Assembly (NCBI GenBank): GCA_964276515.1
Contig: OZ193909.1
Coordinates: 5,828,001-5,892,000, forward strand
Length of the DNA stretch: 64,000 nucleotides
Direction of reading: 5' to 3'
DNA from: Gordius albopunctatus
Lineage: Eukaryota
In this document: one piece after another, positions 39,901 through 51,278 of the stretch
Position numbering within the stretch: the stretch's first letter is position 1
How the letters are laid out: each line of letters starts with the position of its first letter
Translations under genes and position numbers: made by a program
Notes under the pieces: model-generated
The model's input: the letters and a program-made list of their open reading frames with translations, nothing else
Database searches by the model: none
What the model was told of the DNA's origin: nothing

Positions 39901-41268
39901 TGCTTATTTTGTAATAGTGGCTAAAGATTTTGGGATTGGATAATTTCGGGTCTACCGGGAAAATTTTATTAATTAGGCCGGGCAGCTCTAATGGTTTGGG
40001 CATGGCTGAGCCGACACTTAGAAGGGTTCAGGCGGGCAATTTAGTTAAAATTGGACCGGGCCGGGTTCGGGCAGAAAAATTTAAACTACTCCGACCTCTT
40101 TTTGGGACCTCATAAATTCGGGACTAACGGGCAAATTTAATATTTCGGGCAGCTTTAACAATTCGGGCGGGCCCCGGCGGACACTTAGATGGGTTCGGGG
40201 GGGGGGCAATGAAGGTAAAAAATTTAGTCGGTCCGGGTTCGGGCAGAAAATTCCCAACAAATCTGACCTCTGATTTGATAGCCCACAGTAAAGTTTACAC
40301 ATTCATACAGTTGTGTAATTAATAATGTTAGTTTGTATTTTTTAATCCTTCTAACTTTATCTTTTAATCTAAAAATCCCGCAATAGAATAGTGAAAAATG
40401 GTTCTAATTTTAATTATTTTTTACTGAAGAGTTTTAAAAAATCACACAATTGCAACAGCATTGTATAGGAGCATTCATGAGAAGGGCCTATAATAAAAAA
40501 ACCATCTACCAATTATTAAAAATTTTAATACTTATATTTTGCCACTATTGGTTTTAACATAAAGCAAATAAACAAATTATGTTTAATCTACTAATCAAAT
40601 TTTAATTATTAAAATATTTCATACTGATAATTCATTTAAAAAATAAAGCTTTATTGATTTGTGTAAAAACTTGATTTCATGAGAGTTAGAATAATTTCAA
40701 GATATTTTTAATGTCAGCACTTGACGTGTTGAACCACTTTTTAAATTTTTCTGTTCATCTAAAAGCATTTCAATTAAAAAAACTTTAAAATACATATTTT
40801 AGCATCTTTGTGATATTTTAAATATTAAATGCTTATATATTAGAATCTTTATTTTAAAAATTAAAATTGTAGCAATTTATACAAAATTATATGTTATAAA
40901 AATATAATTATTTGGTTAAGTAGTGAATAATAAGATAATCATTACGTATGACAATATTTTTCAAACAACATCTTAGTTTATTTACAATTGAATCCTTACT
41001 ATACATTAAAAAATTGATAATAATTTATATTTTAAAGTATTTAGAGGTTATTTAAATTGATAATAATATTTATTTTAGATTGTTATTTATTTTTAAAAAA
41101 AAAACAATTTTTTTACCATTTTAAAATTAATTATAAAAAATACTATGTCTCAAAAACTTTTCAAATTGTCTTATAAGGTAAAATTATATAATAATTCAGA
41201 CGCCTTATATATATTTGAAATTACCAAAATGCAGTGCTCAACAAAGTTTCTTCAGGCTTGACCCACAT
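18944..41268 (-). CDS. TBC1D9: TBC1D9/TBC1D8-family Rab GTPase-activating protein (GRAM x2, TBC, EF-hand-like); some exons missing at the gap
   Basis: Exons in gene order: 41268-41225 ([15 protein letters not shown]), 38450-38059 ([15 protein letters not shown]), 35136-34858, 33707-33508 ([23 protein letters not shown]), [missing], 29021-28832, 28085-27764, 27124-27078, ~26591-26505, 25909-25653 ([17 protein letters not shown]), 24951-24857 (EIERDLHR), 24281-24062 ([15 protein letters not shown]), 23459-23250, 22454-22242, 21950-21840, 21538-21437, 20894-20709, 20413-20149, 20004-19927, 19825-19677, 19408-18944. Both catalytic fingers (IxxDxxR, YxQ) present. Small linker exon boundaries less certain. 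Confidence 0.92.
29070..29709 (+). mobile_element. End of a DNA transposon (probably hAT), interrupted by an RTE LINE
   Basis: Starts tagtgctgtaag, then repeated palindrome TGAACGCGTTCA (29083, 29102, 29172, variant 29153). Peptide [20 protein letters not shown] weakly resembles the start of a hAT dimerisation domain. Confidence 0.45.
29710..32427 (-). mobile_element. RTE-clade LINE with uninterrupted APE-RT ORF; 5' end lost in the gap
   Basis: ORF 29720-32359 (879 aa, open up to the gap): APE motifs ([21 protein letters not shown]), RT motifs ([27 protein letters not shown]), RTE C-terminus ([19 protein letters not shown]); (GAA)n tail at 29710-29719. Confidence 0.95.
29720..32359 (-). CDS. 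RTE apurinic-like endonuclease / reverse transcriptase (N-terminus runs into the gap)
   Basis: 879-aa ORF with no stops or frameshifts; YADD active site. Confidence 0.9.
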   Translation of the reverse strand: MLSDSFKDKVVEVKRCSDRLMCIKLADQGGLVNVICAYSPQVGCSENEKYEFYEKLEEEIRYVKPDENLIIGADFNGHVGKERGVYERNHGGHGYGVKNKEGEKLLQMAQAYDMAIVNTFFQKRTEHLATYSSGDHLTQVDYILVKRKNLWQVKDCKVIPGEEIAKQHRPVVLDIARKIFPVRRKVYTPRTKYEKLKDDHANEMFHTRATPLLKVAGLEGDINKRWGTVANVLKETALQILGRTKGGRAHKRELWWWNDSVKEVIEEKKALYLQWYKTKKGEDYEAYREAKRKAKIAVAIAKNNAYTEMANKLDTKGGDIVMYKLAKIREKKSQDVGTLKVIKSEEGRTLCKPKEVIKRWKDYFQNMMNKTNDRRPLERVEPNSNLVLPFQAYEIGAQLTKMRKGKALGPDDLPIEAWLGCKGEGIDIMTGLFNAMLYESRIPDQWRESTIIPIYKGKGDAQECGNFRGIKLTCHSLKLLERVLVKRLNDEVCLSPNQFGFVAGKSTMDPIFALKQTMEKYGDIRKKLHMVFIDLEKAYDTVPRDLIWWSLRARNIPEGYVRLIKEMYNGAVASVRTTVGVTKPFRIMIGLHQGSALSPFLFNLIMDTITKDLHKPAPWTMLYADDIVLCDETREGVFHQAKKWSERFSEFGLKVSEKKTVYMQTMGGTPQMHKIEGPRYTEVDKFTYLGSLLHQEGGCTAEVHSRIKKAWLKWRSISGVMCDKKIPIWLKSKAYKTIVRPVLLYGSETWAVTSAEEKLLQVTEMRMVRWSLGYTKLDRMTNESLMTKMGIQATKDFLRENRLRWYGHVLRRDEDDVTRRTLEMDVPGRRGRGRPRATWKRLVEKDMDAKQMEIGMAFTRLRWKRLLKTYPTSVGFSTR
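32428..32627. other. Assembly gap (200 N)
   Basis: Run of 200 N between the RTE and a Helentron-like repeat. Confidence 1.
32628..33357 (-). mobile_element. Partial, diverged Helentron/DINE-1-like copy
   Basis: Reverse complement matches the 5' part of 7556-8200: degenerate subTIR, GTCC repeats, tRNA T-arm motifs, CTGACCAATG units. Confidence 0.7.
36790..36946. mobile_element. hAT-type MITE (CATGGGCGTA family)
   Basis: CATGGGCGTA...TACGTCCATG termini; degenerate TSD ending AACAAC; same core as 39187-39376. Confidence 0.7.
38800..40272 (+). mobile_element. Internally deleted hAT DNA transposon with transposase C-terminal remnant
   Basis: Imperfect TIRs CAGAGACCAGA / TCTGACCTCTG; 8-bp TSD ATTTGATA (38792-38799, 40273-40280); CGGGC-rich subterminal repeats; 39715-39860 encodes [47 protein letters not shown] (hAT dimerisation domain). 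Confidence 0.9.
39187..39376. mobile_element. hAT-type MITE nested in the hAT element
   Basis: TIR CATGGGCGTAG / CTACGCCCATG; 8-bp TSD TAAACTGC (39179-39186, 39377-39384). Confidence 0.9.
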
Positions 41269-43210
41269 GAAATAACAGCTGATAAATCTACGAAATAACG
41301 GCCATAGCTACACTTACCATTTAATTTAGTATGCGTAACCATTTTTGGTTTCTTATAATTACCATTAAGAACACGTTCGGTAATTTAAGTAGCAACAACA
41401 ACCATATGTTAAAAGTATGGATGATAAATGTAAAAAAATTTTTGACGGCGCAACCTTAAACACTTTAAGTCTCATATTACCTATAAAACGTTATTTTTTA
41501 ATATAAAATTTAGGTATATAAATAGTGTTGTTATAATTTATCATGCAAATTTTTTAAAGTTTCAATTCAAATTAATTTATGGTGAATAAGTAACTTTTTA
41601 TAGATTATCAAAAAACAATATAAAAAACAACACGGGCCGGGCAGCGGGCCGGGCATTTCTGGTCTCTGATCTGAAGTCGACTTTCCAGGAATGAACCCAA
41701 ATTTTCGTTCATCTATTGATATTATTTTTCGGAGTCTAGCTTCTAAAACCTTTTCCCACACCTTCATTACGTGACTCGTAAACTTTATCCCTAAATATTT
41801 GTTGCATTCATGTACATCTCCCTTCGATTTATAGATAGGTTAAACATAGCTTTCCCTCGACTCATCAGGCATCATACCACTTGCGAGTATTTTGTTAAAC
41901 AGCTTTGCGAGTAGATTTACACCTAAGGGTCCTAGCATTTTAAAATCTTCTATGGGTATATTATCAGGTCCCACCGCTCTACCCATGGTCATCTTTTTAA
42001 GCACCCGGTCAACCTCTTCCTCTGTCACTTCTAACTCTGGGTCATATTCAAAGATCTTGCTTTCGCAGTGGTCCGAAAACACATTTTCACTGTTTAATAA
42101 TTCTTTAATGATTTGATGGTCCAGAGTTAGACTGATGCTTTCCTTGCTCTTTATAGATTTCGCGTTTACCACTTCCTTTGAGTTCCTAGCTCTGGTCTTT
42201 CCGATTTTGTAGATAATTCTTTCCCTTTCTTTACTGGTTAACTTGGCATTCAAATTTTCGTAAACCTCTGTTTAGCCTTGGCTAAACATTTTGCCTCATT
42301 TATAGCTTTCGCATATGCCAATCGTGTTTCTTCATTTCTGTTGCCTGACCATACTTTGTAAAGCTTTCTTTACAACTTGACCAGGCGTTGCACGTCTTCG
42401 TTCCACCACCATGTCTCCTTATCTTTTTGTATACCTGGTTTACCTTCTCCTAGAACACATCTCGCTACTGATCGTACCGTGTTAGCTATGTTATTCCACA
42501 TATCGTTAGCATTCTGCTGATCATCTATTTGCAGCCTTTCAACTATTTGGTCATTGTAAATATCTTTCAATTTCGGTAGTCGGAACCATTTGATTTTCCC
42601 ATTTAATCTCTTCGGCTTTTGTGTTTTAGCCTTGGTGATGGTATAGTCCATCACAACAAGTCTATGCTGGGCTGGCACAGCTTAACCTGGTATCACCTTA
42701 CATTCTCGCACATTCTTTAATTCCCTTCTTGATATTAGAAGGAAGTCAATCTGCGAAGATCGATTTCTACTTTTGTAAGTAATTAGGTGATTTACATTAT
42801 TTTTGAAGAAGGTATTTGTGATGGCCAAATCAAATGCTACGGCTATTTTCAATAATTTGTCGCCTTCATCGTTCTCAGCTCTGGATTCGCACCGTTTCGT
42901 CTAATTCTTCCCGAAAGTCCTCCTTTTCTTCATCTGTTCATCCTGTTTGCGGAGCATATCCGGAAACTACATTAATCATTTGACCTTCTATGCATAGTTT
43001 CATCATCATAGGTCGCCCACTTTTTCTTTGTACCTCAATGACTTTATCTTGCAGATGGGAAGCTAATATGATTGCCACGCCATTTTTATTCGTTTCTAGG
43101 CCATTGAAGTAAAGTTTATAGCCTTCACCCATCATCCTTGCTTTTGCGCCTTTCCATCTTGTTTCCTGTATACACGCTATATCGACCCATCGCTTGCTGA
43201 GGGTGTCAGC

Positions 43211-44249
43211 CAGAGGTCAGATTTGCTAGGAATTTTATGCCCGAACCCGGCCCGGTTCAATTTTTTAACTTCATTGCCCACCCGAGCCCGCCCGAACCTT
43301 CTAGGTGCCCGCCCGAAACATTAAAGCTGCCCGAACTGCCTGGCCCGAAATATTAAATTTGCCCGTTAGGCCCGAAATTATGCGATCTTAAATTCTATCA
43401 ACCACTATTAAAATATAAGCATTAAATTAATGGCGTTTTAAAAAAAATATGCAATATTATATTATCACAAATAAAATCTAATTTCTATATTATTTAAAAG
43501 TCGAATGATTTTTTCAAATAAAACTTTTAATCTTTAATTTTAATCCTAACAGGTCAAAAAGGTTAGTATTTGGTCTTTCGAAAAAATTTGGCCAGATAGC
43601 ACTGGCTACACCGCTTTAGGTCACAATATTTCAATAAGTTAATTGCTAATGCATTTAAGGACAAACATGTTGTAACATTTAAAAATCATATAATAGCAAA
43701 ATATAAATTTAATGCAGCCGATGTCCATAAAAATATTTATGTAGCAATTTTTTAATTAAGTTTAAAGTTAACATATTTAATAAAGAATATTACAATAAAC
43801 AAAATTATACTCCCCTTTTGAGTTAACCCGTTTACCCTACCCATAAATAAACTTCTTAATGAATAAAATTAGTTCAATTAGTCAATCTGTGCTCTGTTAA
43901 AACTTACTTTTTTGATAAAAGACAATAATTTATCAATAGAATTCATATGCAATTTATGGATAATTCTTTTAACTTAAAGCAAAAAAATAAAGGTATAGAA
44001 ATTTTTTATCATAAAAATAAGTAGTAAATTAGCGAAAGCGACGAACGATAAGGAAATAATAAAGTCTGATTGGAGAAACTTTGTGATGGCGAAATCAAGT
44101 TTCTTAACTTTTTTAGCATTTTCATATGCAATTAAATAAAAAGTAACAAAATATCACTATTTAAAAAATCATCTCATTAAGCCCGAATTTCCCGAATCCT
44201 ATCTTCGCGCCCGCCCGGGCCCGCCCAAAAACAAAAATTTAGGTCTCTG
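43211..44249 (-). mobile_element. Non-autonomous hAT element (same family as 38800-40272) inserted in the RTE endonuclease domain
   Basis: Termini CAGAGGTCAGA / AGGTCTCTG; TSD GTGTCAGC (43203-43210) vs GTGTCAAC (44250-44257); the RTE reading resumes across it. Confidence 0.85.
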
Positions 44250-44695
44250 GTGTCAACAACTTCTCGGCATTTTGCAGTCATCGTTCCAACATTTAGCGAG
44301 CCCATTCTCAATCTCGTCCTTAGCAAACTAATTTCTTTAACCACATCCGTCATGCGCGTCGTTTACGGAGGACGCCCTACCGCTTTCATTATTACGAACT
44401 TTCATAGTATACATTTTGGTTTATATGGAATGAGGGAGTATTGATATCCCAGCCTTCCAAGCCTGACGGAACTATGTTAGATTTTGGCGCTTGACTACCT
44501 ACTATTCTTCATGATGGCGTCATTTTGGTGAATTAAACTTTTTTTTAGACCACTCGTATTGATGGGCTTAATCTAGCACTTCCATTTCACTACTACTACC
44601 TCAAAAAGCCCAGATATTTTAGTCTGACCCTTCACCAAGAACCTTGCCAATAGGGTGACACCACCAGTAACACACAAAAATTGTGTTTGGCTACC

Positions 44696-44898
44696 TAGAG
44701 TTGTTAAATTGCTAACTTTCTCTAAACTCCAGTCGCGAGCACGCACACTGAGTTGCTTAATATGCGCGTTAGCACAATATGTGCTCGCTGTTCGGAGCAC
44801 TAGGAAGAGCATTAGCATATAAAAATGCTCGAGGGCCGAGCAGAAACTCGAGCATATGGTAGCTGGAGTTGATGAAAGTTAGCAATATAACAACTCTA
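44696..44898. mobile_element. hAT-type MITE with ~36-bp imperfect TIRs
   Basis: TAGAGTTGTTAAATTGCTAACTTTC..CTCCAG / CTGGAG..GAAAGTTAGCAATATAACAACTCTA; 8-bp TSD TGGCTACC (44688-44695, 44899-44906). Confidence 0.9.
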
Positions 44899-46420
44899 TG
44901 GCTACCAAAGGTATAGCTTCTTGGATCACGAGAGTACACAAGCTTAACCACCACTACAAGGTATTTCTGGCTCGGTTGAGGGCTATAAATAATTATGATT
45001 ATTATAATATCTCGTCCTATAAAAAAGAACAAAAATTAGATGGAACTCTTTAAAGGTAGAGCATTATTATTATGGAAAAACACTTCATACTAGGTTCTTT
45101 AAACCTGTGCAGGGCCTTCGCCCTCGGACCTGAGCTCGTTTTTCGGAGAATATCCTCCTATTAACTTCTCAGGGTAGCATCAATTTGTTATGCGTTACTT
45201 TAGAGATCGTACGAGGCGAAGGTCGGATTCGTGCCAGACGTGTTAACAATTATTTCAACACGTGCAGTTTGTTTTTACTATAATTGTATTTCAAAGTTTA
45301 CATCATTGCGTTTTTATCCAGAATTCATTAGGCTAAAATTAGATAGGTACTCCTTAAATATTATTATGTATAATATTTTGTAACTTCCGCTCTTAAAACC
45401 CTAATCCTATCTACTGAGTTTTTAAAGATGTGGTATAGGCATGAAAATACTCAAAGTGTTAAAACACTGGTAACACAAAAATACATTAATGTAATATCAT
45501 TGCTCCACTGAAAATTCTTTTCTACCTTCCTACTCTCCATCGCATCTACTTAATGCAGTGCATATTGTTTACACAATGACCCATTCTAAAAGATGATGGG
45601 CTATACCATTAAACTGTCTTATCAGTACGGGGCACGAGTTAGCTCTCGATTCGCCCCATGCTTACGTTTTGTTAAATTAATAAAGTCAAGATCTTTATAA
45701 TCCTGAATAATATAAACCAAATGTCATTTTAAACTTTCTTTTTTTTTATGCAACAACCCAAAAATATTCTAATAAAAAAGCTGTGTTGTATTATGTATGT
45801 TCTAAGACTTATAAAAAAACCTTGATTTCCGAGATTTAGAGTGCTTTTATAATTATTTTATAAATCTTAGATAAACTCTAATATCAGATGGGTTTTCCAT
45901 TGAGGACTATGGTGAAAACACAAAAATGTTTCTAATTAAATTTAATTTCCTAAGCATAGAAAGATGTTTTTAACATCCAGTATTATGTTTTATGTAATGC
46001 TTGTCAAAACAATTTAAAATAAGATATCAAAATTAAATAACGAATCTATTTTTAATTATAAATCTTTTGCATACATTGTCTAGTATGAATTGCGTGAATC
46101 GAGATATTTGGTAAACCACGTTATATATTAGATATATACATTATTAATATAAGATACTATTAATTTTTCTAAGTAATTTGATATTCTAATAAAATTTTTA
46201 TTTAATTTATCCTTTTTTATGATCTTTATTATATTTTTTATTTATAATGTAAGACATAAAACATTGAAATTATTTATAGTAAATGTCATATCCATGGTCT
46301 TATATCTTGTATTTTATCAACTTTTGGTTTTGTTCGGTGCTTCATCTATTATATAATAATAAATACTTATATATATTTTATATTATATTCTAGGTGAAGC
46401 ATTTAGCACAAACTAACATA

Positions 46421-47329
46421 ATGGATAAAGATAAAACTCCCTATACACCTATAGAAAATTTTTCCAGTCCCAACACCAATGCTTTTGCGCCTTCTCTTAC
46501 ACATACTGATCAACTTAATGGTGCTAATAATCCTATTAGCACTGGACAAAACTCATATCCCTCTATAAATACATATAACATTATAAATTCACATAGCCCA
46601 ACTCCCCTATACATTCCTACTCATGGGAGCTCCACTAATAATGCTTACTTTCCAAATGCTCCTACTCTCAACCAAAATGCATCTCTTGCAGCTGAAAAAC
46701 TTTTAGCACAAAGCAAAGAAAAAGATGCATCTTATGATCCATCAGCTGTGGCTAAGAATTTTTCTAGACTTTGTCAATCTTACCTTGACAAGTCAGTTCC
46801 ACATTCAACACTAAGGTGGATTTTTACACTTCTACTTTACATTGGGTTTGGGGTACGTATATTTACCACTAATGGCTGGTACATTATTACTTATGCCCTT
46901 GGAATATATCTTTTAAACTTGCTCATTGCCTTTCTGAGCCCTAAAATTGATCCAGCTGGTATGCAGGGGATATATGGGGATGATCTTTACTTTGGTGGTT
47001 CACCCAATAGTTATTATGACGATGCCACATATTATGGGGACAATGAATCTTCCCTTCCCACCAAATCAGATGATGAATTTAGGCCATTCATTCGTCGTTT
47101 GCCAGAATTTAAGTTTTGGCTTTCTACAACCAAAGCTGTTATTGTAGCCTTTTTTTGTACACTCTTCGAAGCTTTCAATGTTCCCGTGTTTTGGCCTATC
47201 CTTGTCATGTATTTTTTCATTCTATTTTTTATAACTATGAAGCGTCAAATACTTCATATGATCAAATACCGATATTTACCCTTCACCCATGGCAAAACTC
47301 GATACAACTCTGGCAAATCTGCAAAATAA
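46421..47329 (+). CDS. RER1: Protein RER1 (ER retrieval receptor), single coding exon, N-terminally extended (302 aa)
   Basis: QSYLDKSVPH..RW..GWYIITYALGIYLLNLLIAFLSPKIDP..LPTKSDDEFRPFIRRLPEFKFW..FNVPVFWPILVMYF..TMKRQILHMIKYRYLPFTHGKTRY. Splice acceptor at 46392-46393 before ATG 46421; AATAAA at 47531. Confidence 0.96.
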   Translation: MDKDKTPYTPIENFSSPNTNAFAPSLTHTDQLNGANNPISTGQNSYPSINTYNIINSHSPTPLYIPTHGSSTNNAYFPNAPTLNQNASLAAEKLLAQSKEKDASYDPSAVAKNFSRLCQSYLDKSVPHSTLRWIFTLLLYIGFGVRIFTTNGWYIITYALGIYLLNLLIAFLSPKIDPAGMQGIYGDDLYFGGSPNSYYDDATYYGDNESSLPTKSDDEFRPFIRRLPEFKFWLSTTKAVIVAFFCTLFEAFNVPVFWPILVMYFFILFFITMKRQILHMIKYRYLPFTHGKTRYNSGKSAK

Positions 47330-48084
47330 CTTTACACCTCTCTTTCATTTCTACACATTTTTTATAAATTTAAAAGACTTAGCCTTAAAATATGATAATG
47401 TGTGTGATGTCTGAATTTATCATATACCTACCAATATATCCCTCACACACGTTTTGAATGTTTGTTTAGATTACATTGTTTTAATTATTTTCTTTCATTG
47501 CTTATTATTGTTGTGAAATTGGTTGGCTCCAATAAAGTTTATAAATATATTAATTTTATTTGTTGCTTTTTAAATAATAGGCTTTATGTTTACTTATTGC
47601 AAAAGCTAATTTAATCTAGATAAAAGATATATCTTTGTTTGATCAAAAGTCCATTTTGAAAATTTAATTTTTTAGCATTATAAATTTTAATAAATAATTT
47701 TTTATTTTTTGATTGGACCTGGAAAACTATCAGCGCTATTGCTGGTTCAAGATTTAGATAATGATTTTTATGGCTTTTGATTACTACTGTTAGAATTCTA
47801 ATTTTTGGGCAATAAAGTTTGCTAGTTAAAAAAACATTTACAAACTTCAATTTCTATCGGAAAAATAATTTTACTTTATTTGCACAAAATATTTAAATTC
47901 ATTTACATTGCACCTCATTTGCAAAATTGTTTATATATTTTATTTATGACGAAAGCCACTATGATGGCTCTACCTTTTTCATATAAACCAGTTTGCGTTC
48001 CTTAATGATTCAACTTTAGCTATAATAATGATTTTTTAACTCTAATATATGGTAAAATGTGTGATTGATTTCATTAAAAATTAG

Positions 48085-50746
48085 TAGCGAAGGCCCAAAG
48101 ATTTCGGCAACCGGAATTTCTTCCCTGCACAATTATTTGGGTATAGCCTATGATGATAAATACCTAAAAATATGGAAAGTGCACAAGAATGAAGATTGGA
48201 AAATTGTTGGCAAAATGTAAGTATATACCATTGATTCGATTAACACCCATATAAGTTATGAGATTTCCAACATTAATAATTTCCTTGTCTAGCTCTTTTA
48301 CTTAATTTATAATTTAGTCTCGAAGTTTTAAAATTGGACTAGTATAAACATTTATTAACTAGTGTTTTAATTATGCAGCAGACGATATATTAACGTAACG
48401 AATTTAAAACTAAAGCGAATAATATTTGTTCCTTTAACTCCTAAAGTAAATAGTAATTTTAAATATATTAATAAGTTGGTCGTTTTTAAATTATAGTATT
48501 AAAATTTTACCTATTCACGGATTGGCTTGTCCATATATTCGTATTAGTGGCTTGAATTTATGTTGAATCCTTTTTATAATATAAATTTATTATAAGTAAC
48601 ATGAATATTGCTGATTTTTTGTAGAAATTTGCTTAAAAAGATTACCAGCCTAACGATATTAGAGCCTGACTCTGAACAAAATTTGATTTTAACCAATGCA
48701 ATGTACCCATCTCCTCTGCCCAATCCTCCGATGCTAACCATTTTGGTGGCTGATAAAGCTGGTATGGTTTACAAATATTTTATTTGCCGATCGTGTCCGG
48801 AAAATACCGAATCGTATAGCGTTATAGCGGCCGACAATTATAATTATAAGGTGATGGTCTCTGACACGGAGAAGTGTTGCATTAAGCCAGTACTAGGCCA
48901 CGTTTCAATGCTCCTAGATATAGTAAATGCAATAAATTTTTGTTTTCTTTATTATTGTTTTCATCAAAATGGCCAAAAGCCTTAAAAAGCTTTGTAATCC
49001 GTTATTATTAGTCAAAATACAAGATTGATCTGCAAAAAACGCTAATAAATAGATGCAATAAACATAATATTTGTTAATTATATTTTTTATTTATCAATAC
49101 ATCACTGTGCATCTCCTTTTATCTGTTGAATTTTAGGTTCGTAAATAGATTATAATTTGTTAAATTTCTTTGATTTATTAGCTCGTTACACCCGACGCCA
49201 AATATGTAATTACTAGTGATAGGGACGAAAAAATTAGAGTCAGTCATTACCCCCGTTGTTACGATATACAATCCTATTGCCTCGGTCATACCAAGTATTT
49301 TATTCCTTTTAAAAGTTGATTTGAAATGAAAACTATTTACTTTCGGTTTTTAAATCGAAATTAAAATTGCAAAAAAGTTTAAATTTTGGGGGAATTTACA
49401 AGCTAGAAAAATAAAATTGGGGCAGGGAATTTTGCATCCTTGCTTCCTCCCCCTAGTTTGTTTAGGTAACCAATTTGATAAGTTATTTCTAAAATAACGC
49501 GGCTTAGTGTTATATTTTTAAACCGAGGGAAGAGAATCTCACGAATTCGTGTAATAATGTTATCATAAATGAAAAAAAATTAATTCCACATTTTAAAATT
49601 TGCTGCGCAGGTTCGTTACCTCAATTTGTATAAGTCCATCAGAGCCTAGCATATTATTTTCGGGCTCAGCAGATGGCACATTAAGATCCTGGAAATACGA
49701 AACGGGACAACTTTTAACCTCGACTTCGATTAAAAATCCGGAACAAATTCCAGAAAATTCTCGAGTGTTGGTGACAAAGATAGCGGTCAGCAGATGCCTA
49801 ATTGATCGACACATTGTGTTAGTGGCTTTGGTGAAAGAGAATGAAAAGTAAAAATTAATTCTTGCTTTGACTCAAAGCTTTAAACGGCGGCGATTATTCG
49901 CGGGCGTGGTGGTTTAAATGAAAAATATTTAAATTTTTGCGATCAAAATTTGTATTTTAAAGAATTATATCGTGTTTTGAAATATCATTCATGCATGGTC
50001 TTAGCCAAATAATAGATTCTTTACTGTCATACTTAATTTTTATTTAAATCTCGACAACTTAGATAGATCTACTCTCACGTTTAGTTAGTATAAAAATACA
50101 AAATGAACAAAATTGTCCCGCTGAAAAAGTAACGAGTATTTTATCATCTTAAAAGTTTCAAAATTTTTGTTTTTCTATTATTTTTGTTTTTAACTAGGAG
50201 CTGGGCTCTAATATATAAAGTCGGATCAAGCGTCAATCAAGGTTGCACTGAAGAGTTGAAACTGATTCAAAAAATTGAGCCATCACAATTACGTACTTTT
50301 GAAGATTTATGTTTTGGTCTCGAGGAGCCCCTTCGCTTGTACTTATTTCAAGGCAATTCTAGCCCCTTGGATAAAATTAAGATTTTCGAATTTTGCAAGG
50401 TATTTTTTCTCAAATTTTTTGGTTAAATATTTATTTATTTATCAAGGACACGTCAATTTTTACCCAAAATTCCAAGAAAACATTAGAGAACGGTCAAGTG
50501 GATTGCTCTGGCTATAAACTGGAATATGATATTGCTCAACGTTAGTAACAATTTATGGAATTTATTTAACTTTATTTCATTCTTTTCTCTATTAAAAAAT
50601 TTATTTCTTTTTTTTCAGATGTGCTTTTTGAAAAGGGTGACAATTTTTATGATGAAATTAATGTAGAATTTGCAGAAGACGGCTCGAACGAATACTACAA
50701 TAAAAATAAAAAGATCAAGAAAATTTTAAACGGGGATAATATTTGA
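48085..50746 (+). CDS. WDR4: WDR4/Trm82, non-catalytic subunit of tRNA m7G46 methyltransferase; start codon not resolved
   Basis: Exons ~48085-48216, 48625-48922, 49182-49294, 49611-49847, 50198-50399, 50447-50540, 50619-50746: ..[82 protein letters not shown] at 50766. Confidence 0.88.
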
Positions 50747-51116
50747 TTAAATTGATGTTTTTTCCAATAAAATTTAATTTTGAATTAGAAGTGTGTTATG
50801 AGTTGTAATAGTTCAAAGTACCCTGATTCATGAGTTATTTTGATTTGGGCCTTGTTAAAATTGGATTAGAAGGGGACAATTTTTTTGAATTCTGCCGACT
50901 TTAATTAATCTGTAATAAATGTTTGGAGCATTGACTAGACGACTCCTCCTCAATGGCTATGTCTCTGGTGATTTTAATATCCATTTTTGATTTTAGAGCC
51001 ACCATAACTCGAAAAGGAGTGGCCCAAATGAGCTAAAAATTTCAGAATTGCTTAAAATCAATAGTTTCCACATTTTTACCAAATTTCATAAAAATCTAAG
51101 AGGCTGGGTTTAAAAA

Positions 51117-51278
51117 CATGGGCGTAGCCAGTTTTTGGATTGGGGGGAAGGCAAATATGTTTTAAGTTCAGTTGGGGGGGGGGGGGGCAAAACATTATTT
51201 TTTGTTTTTTTATGGGTATTTGTATTAGAAATCTGCACGGGCAGGCGCGGCCCGCGGACGGGCCTAAATACGCCCATG
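51117..51278. mobile_element. MITE related to the CATGGGCGTA family
   Basis: CATGGGCGTA...TACGCCCATG termini; no clear TSD. Confidence 0.55.

Larger units (their letters stand above)
41669..44985 (-). mobile_element. Decayed RTE LINE (second subfamily), 3'-truncated, with two nested hAT insertions
   Basis: Minus-strand fragments RMGSLNVGTMT..VDIACIQETRWKG..GYKLYFNG..GYAPQTG, QHRLVVMD..ETWWWNE, AVGPDNIP, KVWEKVLEARLR..FGFIPGKST, with stops and frameshifts. Cut at 41669 by a hAT end (41632-41668). 5' boundary approximate. Confidence 0.85.

Noticed and set aside
41279..41317. 30-39 nt micro-intron in the TBC1D9 5' UTR
   Set aside because: A GTAAGT donor and nearby AGs are present, but there is no frame constraint or transcript data to support it.
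47761..48052. WDR4 first exon and start codon
   Set aside because: None of the candidate ATG/donor combinations I tried gave the phase needed by the 48085 exon; left unresolved.
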